A DNA stretch of 64,000 bases from Polyangiaceae bacterium (GTDB lineage Bacteria; Myxococcota_A; Polyangia; Polyangiales; Polyangiaceae), in the NCBI GenBank assembly GCA_050287085.1, contig JBNKBE010000010.1, positions 163,665 to 227,664 on the forward strand, written 5' to 3'. The notes beneath the pieces were generated by a model. The model was not told where the DNA came from. It searched no databases and saw nothing but the letters and a program-made list of their open reading frames with translations. The position numbers and the translations under genes are program-made. Positions 31,710-41,775 of the stretch are shown here, one piece after another (within the stretch, counting starts at the first letter, position 1; the number at the start of each line of letters is the position of its first letter).

Positions 31710-33236
31710 ATGTTTGCGTCTCTTCCCATTCCTGCCTTTCTCTCAGCTAAGCGTCTCGGCATTCCGCGGGGGCGTAGAGTCTTTGACTTCATGGGGGGGA
31801 TCCATCCAGCAGAGCAGAAGCATACGAGCGACGTCGCCATAGAGCTCCTTCCGAGCGCTCCGAGGGTTTATATCCCTCTTCGGCAGCACGCCGGAGCACC
31901 GAGCCGAGCTATTGTACGGGTGGGTGAGCGCGTCAGGAAGGGACAGCTCATCGCCGATGCGCTGGACCGGGTGTCGGCGCCTGTACATGCATCCATTTCT
32001 GGAACAATACTGGCGATCGGAGACCACGTTGCTCCTCACCCCAGCGGCTTGCCTGGTCCGACGGTGGCCATTGAATCAGACGGATTGGACGAGTGGATCG
32101 ACCTGGAGACGATCGCCGATCCGTTTCGTCTTACACCTGAGGAGGTAGCGGACCGTATCGAGCGGGCAGGGATTGTCGGACTCGGTGGGGCGGCGTTCCC
32201 CGCCGCCGTGAAGCTTCGCCAATCCATCGGAAGGGTCGAGACACTCATCGTAAACGCGGCTGAGTGTGAACCCTACCTGACCTGTGACGATCGGATCATG
32301 CGTGAGCGCGCGCTCGGGGTCGTGGACGGCATTCGTCTGCTTCTTCACGCAACCAAGGCGCGGCGCGCGGTCGTTGGCATTGAGGACAACAAGCCGGAGG
32401 CGGCTGAGCTGTTGAGGCACGCCACGCGTTCCTTCGATGCGATCGAAGTTGTCGTGGTGCCCACCCGTTTTCCCACGGGGTCGGGCAAGCAGCTTGTACG
32501 CATTCTTACCGGGCACGAAGTGCCGGCCAAGGGACGAAGCCACGACATCGGGGTGATGATGCAGAACGTCTCAACATGTTATGCCATGCACCGCGCCGTG
32601 CGGCGTGGACGACCACTGACGTCCCGCGTCGTCACCGTTGCCGGCAGTGCGATCAGGAGCCCGAAGAACGTCGAGGTAGCCATTGGAACCCCAATTGCCG
32701 ACGTGCTGGCGGCGTGTGGCGGCGTGCTCTTTCAGCCGCTACGACTGGTGATGGGCGGTCCGATGACAGGTATCGCGATCGCCGACCCGGCGGCTCCCAT
32801 CATCAAGGGCACGACCGGAATCCTCGCGCTCGGGCCCGATGACGTCAAGGAAACACGCACGGCGCCGTGCATTCGCTGTGGCAAGTGTATTGACGTCTGT
32901 CCAATGGGACTAGTTCCAATGGAAATGGCTGCGGCCAGCCGCGTGGGTGACTTCCAGGAGGCTGTTGCCTTTGGTCTCTCGGATTGTATTGAGTGTGGGT
33001 CTTGTGCCTTTGTTTGTCCCTCCCATATCCCGCTCGTCAACTACTTCGTTCACGGCAAAGACGAGCTTAGGAATCAGAGCCAGCAAGAGCGCAGACACGA
33101 GGAATTGCAAGCGCGCGCGAACGCGCGGATGGAGCGCTTGGAGCGCCACAAACAGGAAAAGGCCGAAGCAGCCAGAGCACGCGCAGCGGCACGTAAGGCC
33201 AAGGCAACAAGGGCACCCAAGGGGGCATCCCAATGA
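31710..33236 (+). CDS. rnfC: RnfC
   Basis: GGIHP, GIVGLGGAAFP, ECEPYLTCD, CIRCGKC..VCP. Confidence 0.95.
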   Translation: MFASLPIPAFLSAKRLGIPRGRRVFDFMGGIHPAEQKHTSDVAIELLPSAPRVYIPLRQHAGAPSRAIVRVGERVRKGQLIADALDRVSAPVHASISGTILAIGDHVAPHPSGLPGPTVAIESDGLDEWIDLETIADPFRLTPEEVADRIERAGIVGLGGAAFPAAVKLRQSIGRVETLIVNAAECEPYLTCDDRIMRERALGVVDGIRLLLHATKARRAVVGIEDNKPEAAELLRHATRSFDAIEVVVVPTRFPTGSGKQLVRILTGHEVPAKGRSHDIGVMMQNVSTCYAMHRAVRRGRPLTSRVVTVAGSAIRSPKNVEVAIGTPIADVLAACGGVLFQPLRLVMGGPMTGIAIADPAAPIIKGTTGILALGPDDVKETRTAPCIRCGKCIDVCPMGLVPMEMAAASRVGDFQEAVAFGLSDCIECGSCAFVCPSHIPLVNYFVHGKDELRNQSQQERRHEELQARANARMERLERHKQEKAEAARARAAARKAKATRAPKGASQ

Positions 33237-34312
33237 CTCAAGGCCTAGTTGTTGCCGCGCCCCATGCTCACGACGATTCGAGTGTTCGTTCCGTGATGTT
33301 GCTGGTAGTCACGGCCTCGCTGCCCGCGACGGCTCATGGTGTGGTGCTATTTGGTTGGCCAGCGGTCAACCTGATCTCGGTTACTGTTGTTTCGGCCGTG
33401 GCCTTCGAGGCACTGGCACTTTGGGTGAGAGGCGCTGCGGTTGCGAGTCGAGTTGGCGATGGATCGGCTCTGCTCGCTGGTTGGTTGCTCGCATTGAGCC
33501 TTCCGCCATGGGCGCCGTGGTGGCTTGGTGTGCTCGGCGGCGCGATCGCAATGCTCCTAGGCAAACACGCATTCGGGGGGATTGGTCAGAACGTCTTCAA
33601 TCCGGCGATGGTCGCCCGAGTGGCATTGCTTCTTGCGTTCCCGCTTGAGATGACGAGTTTCGTTCGCCCCTTTGCTGATCTTAGGGCTCGCAGCAATTTT
33701 GAGGCGGGCCTAGCGGTCACTTTTGGCGGAGCGGGTGCTCCCGATTCATTGACAGGCGCGACGCTTCTTGGACTGACACAGACGCTGACCGCGAAGGGCG
33801 AAGCGCTGGCTGCGGTCTACCAGCAGTATGGGTTTGACGAGTTGGTGTTCGGGGGGCGGTCGGGTAGCTTGGGAGAGTGCTCACCGCTACTAGTTGTACT
33901 TGGTGGATTGGTTCTATTGTGGAAGCGAGTGATCAGCTGGCATACGCCCCTGGGGGTACTGCTCGGCGCCTTGGTGCCTGCAATGATCTTGCACTGGATG
34001 GCTCCAAGCCGATTCCTCGCCGTGGGAGAAGTTGCAGCGGGGGGTGGGTTGCTCTTGGCGGCGTTCTTCATTGCGACAGATCCAGCCAGTTCACCCACGA
34101 CCCCGCCTGCGCGGCTGAGTTATGGATTCGGCATCGGAGCCATAACGCTCGTGATTCGCGACTTCTGCGCGCTGGCGGAAGGTGTAGCTTTCGCGGTGTT
34201 GCTGCTCAACGCGCTGGGCCCTACTTTGGATCGCAAGCTCAAGCCGAGGGTCTATGGTCGAAACCGTGATGGCACTCCACGCGGAGTCATTGCGCGAACA
34301 GGGAGGGGCTAA
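33233..34312 (+). CDS. rnfD: RnfD
   Basis: GG.GQN.FNPAM, D..TGAT FMN site, FFIATDP. Confidence 0.95.
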   Translation: MTQGLVVAAPHAHDDSSVRSVMLLVVTASLPATAHGVVLFGWPAVNLISVTVVSAVAFEALALWVRGAAVASRVGDGSALLAGWLLALSLPPWAPWWLGVLGGAIAMLLGKHAFGGIGQNVFNPAMVARVALLLAFPLEMTSFVRPFADLRARSNFEAGLAVTFGGAGAPDSLTGATLLGLTQTLTAKGEALAAVYQQYGFDELVFGGRSGSLGECSPLLVVLGGLVLLWKRVISWHTPLGVLLGALVPAMILHWMAPSRFLAVGEVAAGGGLLLAAFFIATDPASSPTTPPARLSYGFGIGAITLVIRDFCALAEGVAFAVLLLNALGPTLDRKLKPRVYGRNRDGTPRGVIARTGRG

Positions 34313-34314
34313 TC

Positions 34315-34938
34315 GTGTCTAGGTTGGCTCCCCTGACTCAAGCGGCGTCATTGGGGGCGCTAAGTGGCCTTGCAACGCTCGGACTAGCCTGGTCCACTCA
34401 GACCACAGCGCCAATCATAGAAGCGCAGAAGCGTCATGACTTCGAGAGGCTGCTGGTGCAGGTCATCCCAGAAACACTGCACGAAAATGCCATCGTCGAC
34501 GCTGTTGTCGAGGTCGCGCAGCCCGACGGCGGCCCGCATCGCTACTACGTCGGAACACTCGAGGGCAGAGTCTCATGTGCCGCTTTCAAGACGGTATCGG
34601 ACGGATACTCGGGGCCGATAGAGATGCTCGTCGCCGTAGAGCCGGACGGTTCGATCCTCGGCGTCAGGGTGACGTCCCATACCGAGACACCGGGGTTGGG
34701 CGATCGAATCGAGGCGGCAAAGAGCGATTGGATTCACGAATTTGATGGCAAGAGCCTAGACAACCCGCCATCTGAGCGATGGTTGGTGACCAAGGACGGC
34801 GGTGACTTTGACGCGCTCTCGGGCGCCACCATCACTCCGCGGGCCGTTGTACGTGGTATCAAAGAAGGGCTCGTGCGCTTCGCCAGCGATCAACAGCAAT
34901 TCACTCGACGGAATGCGGAACAGGAGGCAGAGCCATGA
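34315..34938 (+). CDS. rnfG: RnfG
   Basis: GYSG.I, HTETPGLG, FDALSGATIT. Confidence 0.95.
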   Translation: MSRLAPLTQAASLGALSGLATLGLAWSTQTTAPIIEAQKRHDFERLLVQVIPETLHENAIVDAVVEVAQPDGGPHRYYVGTLEGRVSCAAFKTVSDGYSGPIEMLVAVEPDGSILGVRVTSHTETPGLGDRIEAAKSDWIHEFDGKSLDNPPSERWLVTKDGGDFDALSGATITPRAVVRGIKEGLVRFASDQQQFTRRNAEQEAEP

Positions 34939-35615
34939 AGGTCAAGGACCTATTCACGGATGGATTGTGGTCGCGCAACATCGTGCTCGGGCAATTGCTG
35001 GCGCTGTGTCCTCTGCTGGCCGTCACCACGACGACGATCAACGGGCTAGGAATGGGGCTTGCAACGCTCTTGGTGCTGGTGTTGTCGAACCTCGGGGTAT
35101 CGCTCCTGCGCCGCCATATCCATCGCGCCATTCGAATTCCGTGTTTCGTCGTCATCATTGCAACCATGGTCACGATGGTGGATCAGTGGATGGCCGCCTA
35201 CACTCACGAATTGCACAAGGTTCTGGGCTTGTTCATTCCGCTTATTGTCACCAATTGCGCCGTATTGGGACGGGCGGAGTCCTTTGCCTATAGCAATTCC
35301 CCCGGGCTTTCAGCCTTGGACGGCGTGGCTATGGGTCTGGGCTTCATGGGCAGTCTTGTCATGATTGGCGCACTGCGCGAGATAGTCGGCACTGGAACCC
35401 TACTCTCAGGAGCCGCGCTGCTAGGGGGCGAACCACTCGAGGCAATTGAACTGACGTTGCTTCCGGGCTATCGCGGCTTCTTGCTCGCGGTCTTGCCCCC
35501 GGGCGGGTTCTTTGCCGTTGCATCGGTGCTAGCACTCAAGAAGCATCTCGAACGTGGGCGACTGAAGAAGGGCCAAGAGCTGCCGGTGCTCAATTCCGTT
35601 TCCGCCAATTCGTGA
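34935..35615 (+). CDS. rnfE: RnfE
   Basis: LALCPLLAVT, FIPLIVTNC, LPPGGF. Confidence 0.95.
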   Translation: MKVKDLFTDGLWSRNIVLGQLLALCPLLAVTTTTINGLGMGLATLLVLVLSNLGVSLLRRHIHRAIRIPCFVVIIATMVTMVDQWMAAYTHELHKVLGLFIPLIVTNCAVLGRAESFAYSNSPGLSALDGVAMGLGFMGSLVMIGALREIVGTGTLLSGAALLGGEPLEAIELTLLPGYRGFLLAVLPPGGFFAVASVLALKKHLERGRLKKGQELPVLNSVSANS

Positions 35616-35627
35616 GGGGTTTCGCTG

Positions 35628-35933
35628 ATGAACAAAGAGGAGACGATCAAGGTCGAGGTCGTGTACTGTAGCGGCGCTGAAGTGGCGAGCCAGCCCCTCC
35701 TGTTGCGGGGTGGAGCCACGATTGAAGAGGCGATAGCGCGTTCTAGGATGCTGGAGCGCTTCGCTCAGATCGATCTCAAACAGAATAAGGTGGGTGTGTT
35801 CGGAACGATTAAGAAGCTGAATACTCCGCTGCGTCACGGGGATAGGGTCGAGATCTATCGTCCGATCACCTGTGACCCTGAGAGCGTAGCGCGTCGCGAT
35901 CGGAAAGAGCAGGACGATGAGGACGAGGAATGA
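35628..35933 (+). CDS. rnfH: RnfH ubiquitin-like protein
   Basis: KVGVFG....L...L..GDRVEIYRPI.CDP. Confidence 0.92.
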   Translation: MNKEETIKVEVVYCSGAEVASQPLLLRGGATIEEAIARSRMLERFAQIDLKQNKVGVFGTIKKLNTPLRHGDRVEIYRPITCDPESVARRDRKEQDDEDEE

Positions 35934-36724
35934 AGCGACGAGCCACGTGCTGGCTGGCGTTTGTTTGGGGGCTATGGCTTCTTGCTTGTAAGTCGGCGCC
36001 CCCGCACGGGAGCCCAGCGACGGAAGAGCATCAGCTGGTCGTATTTGCGGCCACGAGCTTGAAGGAGCCTGTTGAGGAACTCGCAAGACGCTATGAAGAA
36101 CGTACGGGCGATCGCGTGGTCACCCACTTTGCGGGCTCCAATCTGTTGGCCCAACAGATAGCGAGCTCGCGCAGGCAAGATGTGTATTTCTCAGCCAATC
36201 GTGAATGGGTTGACTATTTGGCTGAGGGGGGCGTCTTGAGGCGTAATGATATCCGACCTCTGTGCGGCAACCGCCTGGTAGTGGCCGCGCGGAGGGACGC
36301 CCGCATTCAACTCTCTGACCTGCGACAACTTCTGTCGCCCGAGGTGAAGCACGTGGCCATTGGCGACCCGCGCGGGGTACCGGCCGGGCGCTACGCGCGG
36401 CGAGCGCTGGAGAGCGTCGGCTTGTGGACTTCGCTGGCTAGCCGCGTTGTACCCAATGCTGACGTGCGCGCGGCACTTCTGCTTGCAAGCGCTGACCCCC
36501 ACACTGTGGGTCTTGTGTATCGGACGGATGTAGGTACTGTGAGTGGCATGGCGGCGCTGCTCGAGGTACCCATAGAAGCAACCGGACCGATCGAGTACTT
36601 CGTGTCTGCCGTGTCGCGCGGAGCGGAGCCGACGCCTCAAGCGCTGGCCTTCCTAGCGCTGGCTACCTCTGCAGAGGCAAAGGCGCTGCTTGCGCGCCAC
36701 GGATTTGTGGTGGATGACAGCTGA
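35930..36724 (+). CDS. modA: Molybdate ABC transporter binding lipoprotein
   Basis: Lipobox LLAC, VFAATSL, AGS..LAQQI, VPAGRYA, VY.TD. Confidence 0.9.
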   Translation: MKRRATCWLAFVWGLWLLACKSAPPHGSPATEEHQLVVFAATSLKEPVEELARRYEERTGDRVVTHFAGSNLLAQQIASSRRQDVYFSANREWVDYLAEGGVLRRNDIRPLCGNRLVVAARRDARIQLSDLRQLLSPEVKHVAIGDPRGVPAGRYARRALESVGLWTSLASRVVPNADVRAALLLASADPHTVGLVYRTDVGTVSGMAALLEVPIEATGPIEYFVSAVSRGAEPTPQALAFLALATSAEAKALLARHGFVVDDS

Positions 36725-37430
36725 ATTGTTCTCCGCGCTTTGGGTATCTCTTAAGGTGGCAACGGTATCGACGTTGGCGGGTCTGGTGCCAGCAACGCTC
36801 GTAGGGTTTCTGCTTGCGACCAAAGAGTTTCGCGGCAAGGAGGCAATTTCGGCTCTTACCAGTTTGCCCCTCGTGGTTCCCCCTACGGCGGTCGGTTACC
36901 TCTTGCTTCGGCTATTCGCGGTAGACGGTCCGCTTGGGGTGCAGACCCTTGGAGTGGAACTCAATGTGCTGCTGACATGGCGAGCGGCGGTGGTGGCTAC
37001 GGCCGTCATGTCGTTTCCGCTGATCGTTAGGACCACGCGGGTCGCGTTTGAGGCCAACGATCCGCGTTTGGCTCAGGTGGCTCAGACCCTGGGGCACCAT
37101 CCGGTGCAGGCCTTCTTGAGGTTCACGCTTCCGTTGGCGCGTCGCGGTATTATCGCCGCGGCCATTTTGGGCTTTACCAGAGCACTAGGAGAGTTCGGAG
37201 CGACCGTGAGTATTGCGGGCAACATTCCCGGGGAGACCGCTACGATTGCCTCATCTATTTGGTCCGCGCAGCAGGTCGGGGCTCACGACGAGGCCATGTC
37301 GCTCATCGTGATTTCGATCGTATTGGGATTTGCGGCAAGTCTAGCCGCAGAGCAGATGGTTCGACGGTCGGCTCGAAGCCGCCGCGGCCCGGCACTCCTC
37401 TTGGTGGAGAGCATGGGCGAATCTCGGTGA
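36714..37430 (+). CDS. modB: Molybdate ABC permease
   Basis: LPLV.PPTAVGY, RALGEFGAT..AGNIPG.T. Confidence 0.92.
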   Translation: MTAELFSALWVSLKVATVSTLAGLVPATLVGFLLATKEFRGKEAISALTSLPLVVPPTAVGYLLLRLFAVDGPLGVQTLGVELNVLLTWRAAVVATAVMSFPLIVRTTRVAFEANDPRLAQVAQTLGHHPVQAFLRFTLPLARRGIIAAAILGFTRALGEFGATVSIAGNIPGETATIASSIWSAQQVGAHDEAMSLIVISIVLGFAASLAAEQMVRRSARSRRGPALLLVESMGESR

Positions 37431-37437
37431 GGCGCAC

Positions 37438-38517
37438 GTGGAGCTATATGCCAAAGTGCGGGTTCCGCTCCGAGATTTTGAGCTGGACGTCGAGCTCAAT
37501 ACGCGCGCCGACGTGCTCGGGATCTTTGGTCGCTCCGGGGCAGGCAAGACCAGTTTAGTCGAAAGCCTCTGCGGTCTTCGACAACCTGCTCGGGGTAGTA
37601 GCATGTCCCTTGATGGGCAGGTTTGGATGAGCCCGAGTGATCGTCGCGCCGTACCGGCTCACGCCAGGGCAGTCGGCTATGTTCCTCAGGGCAGTCTGCT
37701 GTTCCCTGACCGCAACGTGCTCCGAAATCTTCGAGCCGGGGCGTCGCGTCAGCGCTTGGGTGCGGCAGAAGGGGCCGAACTCGAGGCCCGAGTGATCGAA
37801 GCTCTGGAACTCAACGCTCTGCTGCACGCCATGCCCGCCGAGCTGTCTGGCGGAGAGCAGCAACGCGTCGCACTCGGGCGCGCCTTGTGCTCTGGGGCGA
37901 GGCTGTTGGTGCTCGACGAGCCTACGGCATCGCTCGGGGTCGTATTCCGGCGCAAAGCGCTCGCCTTGCTCGATCGGATCCGTCGCCAGTTCAACGTGCC
38001 CATGGTGGTGGTTTCTCATGAACCGCTGGACCTGCAGTTCCTGTGTGACGAGATGGTCGTGCTCGAACGGGGCCGCATTGTGGCACACGGTCCACCGGCA
38101 AGTGTACTCCCTCGTGTATTGGAGCCAGAGCGCCGCCCACCGACCCTGCTGCGAGGGATGATCGTGTCGGTAGACAGCCATCTCACAATTGTCGAGCTGG
38201 CGGGCCTTCACCGCATTACCGTTAGCGGCGCTGCGGGGACAGTCGGTGACTCGGTTGTGGTGGGTGTGGACGCGGCGCGGGTCGTCTTGGCGCGCAAGCA
38301 GCCAGAAGAGGTTTCGGCTCTGAATTCGCTTCCTTGTTTGGTTCAGAACGTGGAGCACGCGGGCAGTCACTTGTCACTCGAACTGCGACTGCAAGGCAGC
38401 GATATCGGCCTTCGCAGCGAGATCACTGAAGCCGCGCGAGCGCGCCTTGGATTGCGCGTTGGGATGCCCGTCTTTGCGGTGATAAAGTCCGTCACCGTGT
38501 GGGCGACGCCCAGCTAG
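37438..38517 (+). CDS. modC: Molybdate ABC ATPase with TOBE/Mop domain
   Basis: GRSGAGKT, LSGGEQQRVALGRAL, SALN, VFAVIKSV. Confidence 0.92.
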   Translation: MELYAKVRVPLRDFELDVELNTRADVLGIFGRSGAGKTSLVESLCGLRQPARGSSMSLDGQVWMSPSDRRAVPAHARAVGYVPQGSLLFPDRNVLRNLRAGASRQRLGAAEGAELEARVIEALELNALLHAMPAELSGGEQQRVALGRALCSGARLLVLDEPTASLGVVFRRKALALLDRIRRQFNVPMVVVSHEPLDLQFLCDEMVVLERGRIVAHGPPASVLPRVLEPERRPPTLLRGMIVSVDSHLTIVELAGLHRITVSGAAGTVGDSVVVGVDAARVVLARKQPEEVSALNSLPCLVQNVEHAGSHLSLELRLQGSDIGLRSEITEAARARLGLRVGMPVFAVIKSVTVWATPS

Positions 38518-38527
38518 GGCAAGGCCA

Positions 38528-39256
38528 CTACTGGCTGTGCATTTCTTCGGCGGCGTTTGCCCTCCCAAACTTGGTGCGTTGGTCTGCGGCAACCCCCAGT
38601 ATCTTGGCTAGCCAGGGCGGAGGTTTGCTGACCATGATGCCCTGGAGGCGCTGCAGGTGCTCGCGCGCGTCGCCACCCTCGGCTTGTTTGATTGGGTACA
38701 CCCCCTGGCGGATTACCTTTGCCGCCGCCGGCCCCCCCATCGAAACGACATACAAGACTTGGCAGTCGGAGATTAGGGTTGCCCTCGCGGCGTTCTTGTC
38801 GTCTGTAAGATCGGCAGTCACTGCGCTTCGTAGATCGACGAGGCGGATGGCGGTCTCGGATACTTCGTAGACCAAGAATCGAAGGCAGCTGCCAAAGTGT
38901 CCGTTGAGCTTCTCCGAGCTATTGGAGGCGACCGCAACCCGAAGCTTCTGTGTAGCGAGTGGCAACGCGGCCTGCGTCAGCGGTAGTTCCTCCGCGGTTT
39001 CGTCGCCCCACAGGATCTGAACAGCGTTCTTGAGATTCTCAAGTCCTGGGCTCATGTCCTCGCCGTCTTCTTCTCCGTCGAGGCTACCAAGTCCGGTCTT
39101 GAGATCGGTCACCGTGATCTTGGTCAGGACGTTCGTGTCTAGCGGCGTACCGAGCCGCTCCAACAGCACGCTCAGTAGCGCTTTGAGATCGATGCCCGGG
39201 AGGGCCCGTGCCGCCATGGCGATTCTCAGCGCCACCTGCTTGTCTAGAGTTGCCAT
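38528..39256 (-). CDS. nafY: NafY (nitrogenase gamma subunit)-like
   Basis: VALRIAMAARALP N-domain; NGHFGSC, GGPAAAKV, PPPWLAK; located near rnf as in Azotobacter. Confidence 0.82.
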   Translation of the reverse strand: MATLDKQVALRIAMAARALPGIDLKALLSVLLERLGTPLDTNVLTKITVTDLKTGLGSLDGEEDGEDMSPGLENLKNAVQILWGDETAEELPLTQAALPLATQKLRVAVASNSSEKLNGHFGSCLRFLVYEVSETAIRLVDLRSAVTADLTDDKNAARATLISDCQVLYVVSMGGPAAAKVIRQGVYPIKQAEGGDAREHLQRLQGIMVSKPPPWLAKILGVAADQRTKFGRANAAEEMHSQ

Positions 39257-39319
39257 CGCTTCCTTTCTGTGCCTGCCCATTGGGCGTTGGGCTTGACAAA
39301 TCCGCTTGAGAAGTTTGCT

Positions 39320-39335
39320 TGCAACTAGTGAACCA
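39320..39335 (-). promoter_or_regulatory. Sigma-54 promoter of nafY
   Basis: Minus strand TGGTTCACTAGTTGCA. Confidence 0.8.
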
Positions 39336-39486
39336 ACCGGGAGGTCCCTCCAGAGGTTGGCGTGCCGCCACGATGCTCTGGGTTTGGATGGGTGAGAGGT
39401 GACCTCCCGCGTCCGAAGGAGACCGGCTCGATTGGTAGCCGCGTTCCTTCGAACCGCACAGATGGGAGCCATTGCGCCAAAGATAT

Positions 39487-39502
39487 TGTCGCGTTGCTGA
39501 CA
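39487..39502. promoter_or_regulatory. NifA UAS between divergent sigma-54 promoters
   Basis: TGT-CGCGTTGCTG-ACA. Confidence 0.82.
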
Positions 39503-39586
39503 TAAGGCACCTCCACGCCAAGGGCGCCCCGTGACTGCGACATTGTTTGGAGGTAGCGGTGCTGCGTGCGCGAGCCGACATCGCTG

Positions 39587-39602
39587 TGGCACGGCTGTTG
39601 CT
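39587..39602 (+). promoter_or_regulatory. Near-consensus sigma-54 promoter of an unknown gene
   Basis: TGGCACGGCTGTTGCT. Confidence 0.88.
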
Positions 39603-39653
39603 CCTGTCTCGAATGATGCGCCTCCATGCCGCGACCGGCGTTGGGAAAGGAAG

Positions 39654-40589
39654 ATGAAGGTGATGAACGTTCCGTCAGAGTTGGCAATCTCGAGCGCCGC
39701 GTATCACCACGTGCAGCATGCCATGGCTAAAGCGTTCGACTCGATGGTCGTCGATGAGCCACTGGTCCCCCTCACCATGAGGTGGCTAGAGGATGAAGTG
39801 CGGGTTGAGCAGTTCATGGCGGGGACGTACGACGATTCGATCGCGCAAGCGATGCGCTCCGTTGAGAGTCGGGTGGACGCAGCGACTGCCTATGCGGTGG
39901 TCTGGAGCGGATACATCAATGTGAATGGGCGGCGCTCGGAGGCGGTTGTGCTGGAGCTGGCACTGAGGCAGGAGCCCTGTGCGCATCAACTGGCGCAGTC
40001 CTATGCTGTGACGGACGACGGCGACAAGGTCGTTCTACGCGGCGATATCATGGGCTTGGGAACCGCCCCGAGCCTATTTCATCATCAGCTCAGCGTGCTG
40101 AATATGAGTGAACATCTGCTCAAGCCAGAAGGTGTGACGAGCGATGCACATCTGGTAGCCGTCATGGCTCAGCCCTTTGCGCAGATTCCGGCGGCTTTGA
40201 TTTGCCTAGCCGCCAACCTCTTCGAGGGTTCAGAGGCAGAACGCGCCTCCGCTGGCATTCGCACACTGCAGAACTTGGAGCGAGACGCCAAGGGACAGCT
40301 GTGTCGACATGTTTTGAAGATGACGGTCGCTGCTGTAGCAGGGGGTGACCTGGCCACAGTGCTTCCAGCCGACACCATCGAGGGACTCACCAAGGTGCTT
40401 GTCGAAGGTGCGCAGCAGCTGAAGTTCCTGATTCAGAAGGGACTGGTTCAGGAGTCGGACGCCAGAGACTACTTGGCGACTGTGAGACGTATCGTTGCTT
40501 CGGTGGTTGGTTGCGACGGTACGCCCGAAGCGGCGCGAAGGGGTGAACGATTGATTGGGATCTTTGACGCAATCGCGCGTCTCTCCTAG
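39654..40589 (+). CDS. Hypothetical protein (~311 aa)
   Basis: Long ORF; ATG after GGGAAAGGAAG, downstream of the sigma-54 box; no family recognised. Confidence 0.75.
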   Translation: MKVMNVPSELAISSAAYHHVQHAMAKAFDSMVVDEPLVPLTMRWLEDEVRVEQFMAGTYDDSIAQAMRSVESRVDAATAYAVVWSGYINVNGRRSEAVVLELALRQEPCAHQLAQSYAVTDDGDKVVLRGDIMGLGTAPSLFHHQLSVLNMSEHLLKPEGVTSDAHLVAVMAQPFAQIPAALICLAANLFEGSEAERASAGIRTLQNLERDAKGQLCRHVLKMTVAAVAGGDLATVLPADTIEGLTKVLVEGAQQLKFLIQKGLVQESDARDYLATVRRIVASVVGCDGTPEAARRGERLIGIFDAIARLS

Positions 40590-40826
40590 CTCACCTCTCG
40601 GGCGTTGCGGCGGATCCGATGCCAGCATGCTTTCTGCGGCGAATCGAAATGCCCATCTGGTTCACACATTGTTGCGGGTCGAGAGGCGACCCATCGAAAA
40701 GGTTGGTGCAATCTAGAACGTCGCCCAATCACAGGACTGGAGCGCTCCTGAGAAGAGCGGGACCTGGCGTTCGGCTCCCAGCTGGAAGCTTAGAGAAGTG
40801 AACTACCTAACTAGAAAGAGCGAAAT

Positions 40827-41345
40827 ATGGCAAAGATTGGCTTGTTCTTTGACACCGACACCGGCACGACCCGCAAGGTAGCCAAGATGATTCGAAAGCT
40901 ATTTGCCGACGGAGATGTCGAGCTGATGAATGTAGCGAAGGCTACTCCCGACGACTTTCAACGCTTCAAGGCGCTGATCTTGGGGACGCCGACGTTGGGT
41001 GAAGGTGAGCTGCCCGAGAAGTGGGCCGAGTTCTTGCCACAGCTCGAGGGCCTGGACTTCAGTGACACGACGGTTGCGCTCTTTGGGCTCGGCGATCAGG
41101 AGGGCTATGCACACGAATTCGTCGACGGCCTTGGACTGCTATTTGAGGCATTCGAGGAATTGGGGGCAAACATCATTGGTTCATGGCCACTGGAGGGCTA
41201 CAAGTACGATGTCTCTCGCGCTGAAGTCGACGGAGAGTTCTGTGGTCTTGTCATCGACAATGACAATCAGTCTGAGTTGACCCACTCACGGATAGAGAAG
41301 TGGGTTGAGCAAATCAAGCCAGACCTGATGGCAGCCGCAGGATAG
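40827..41345 (+). CDS. nifF: Long-chain flavodoxin NifF
   Basis: MAKIGLFF.TDTG.TRKVAK, LGTPTLGEGELP, FGLGDQ.GY, D.DNQS.LT..RI..W. Confidence 0.9.
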   Translation: MAKIGLFFDTDTGTTRKVAKMIRKLFADGDVELMNVAKATPDDFQRFKALILGTPTLGEGELPEKWAEFLPQLEGLDFSDTTVALFGLGDQEGYAHEFVDGLGLLFEAFEELGANIIGSWPLEGYKYDVSRAEVDGEFCGLVIDNDNQSELTHSRIEKWVEQIKPDLMAAAG

Positions 41346-41346
41346 G

Positions 41347-41775
41347 GTGATGACACGAAACAGTCTGTTGGCAGGCGGTAGAAGTCCCCAACAATGGCTT
41401 GACGCGGCGCGAGAGCTGCTTGGGTCGGCGGGTGAACAGATCGCCAGCGAGGACAAACGTGCGCTTCTTGCGACCCTGAAGTCGGCAGGGGGCTTTGCGC
41501 TCAGAGCGCTCTTGCTCACTTCACCCCAGAAGGGATGGGGCACAAGCCCGACTGAGCACCTTGCCGGTCTAGCCGATAGCACGCGGATGCCGGCGGAGGT
41601 CCGCGCGGCAGCTAGACGCTTGCACGATGCCCAACCTCGAGAGCAGGATCTGGTGCAGATCGGACCACCGACGTGCGGCCCAAGGTCATGGCATTCGGCG
41701 GCAGATGTCCTCGTCAGTTACGTCGCCTCGGCAATTGGGAGTAGCCGGCAGTCGGCGACGGAAAGACCCAACTAG
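41347..41775 (+). CDS. Hypothetical helical protein coupled to nifF
   Basis: ORF begins immediately after the nifF stop; no family confidently recognised. Confidence 0.55.
   Translation: MMTRNSLLAGGRSPQQWLDAARELLGSAGEQIASEDKRALLATLKSAGGFALRALLLTSPQKGWGTSPTEHLAGLADSTRMPAEVRAAARRLHDAQPREQDLVQIGPPTCGPRSWHSAADVLVSYVASAIGSSRQSATERPN

Noticed and set aside
39257..39653. Long N-terminal extensions of NafY and of the 39.5-kb hypothetical ORF
   Set aside because: Both run through the divergent promoter region; RBS-supported ATGs are at 39256 and 39654
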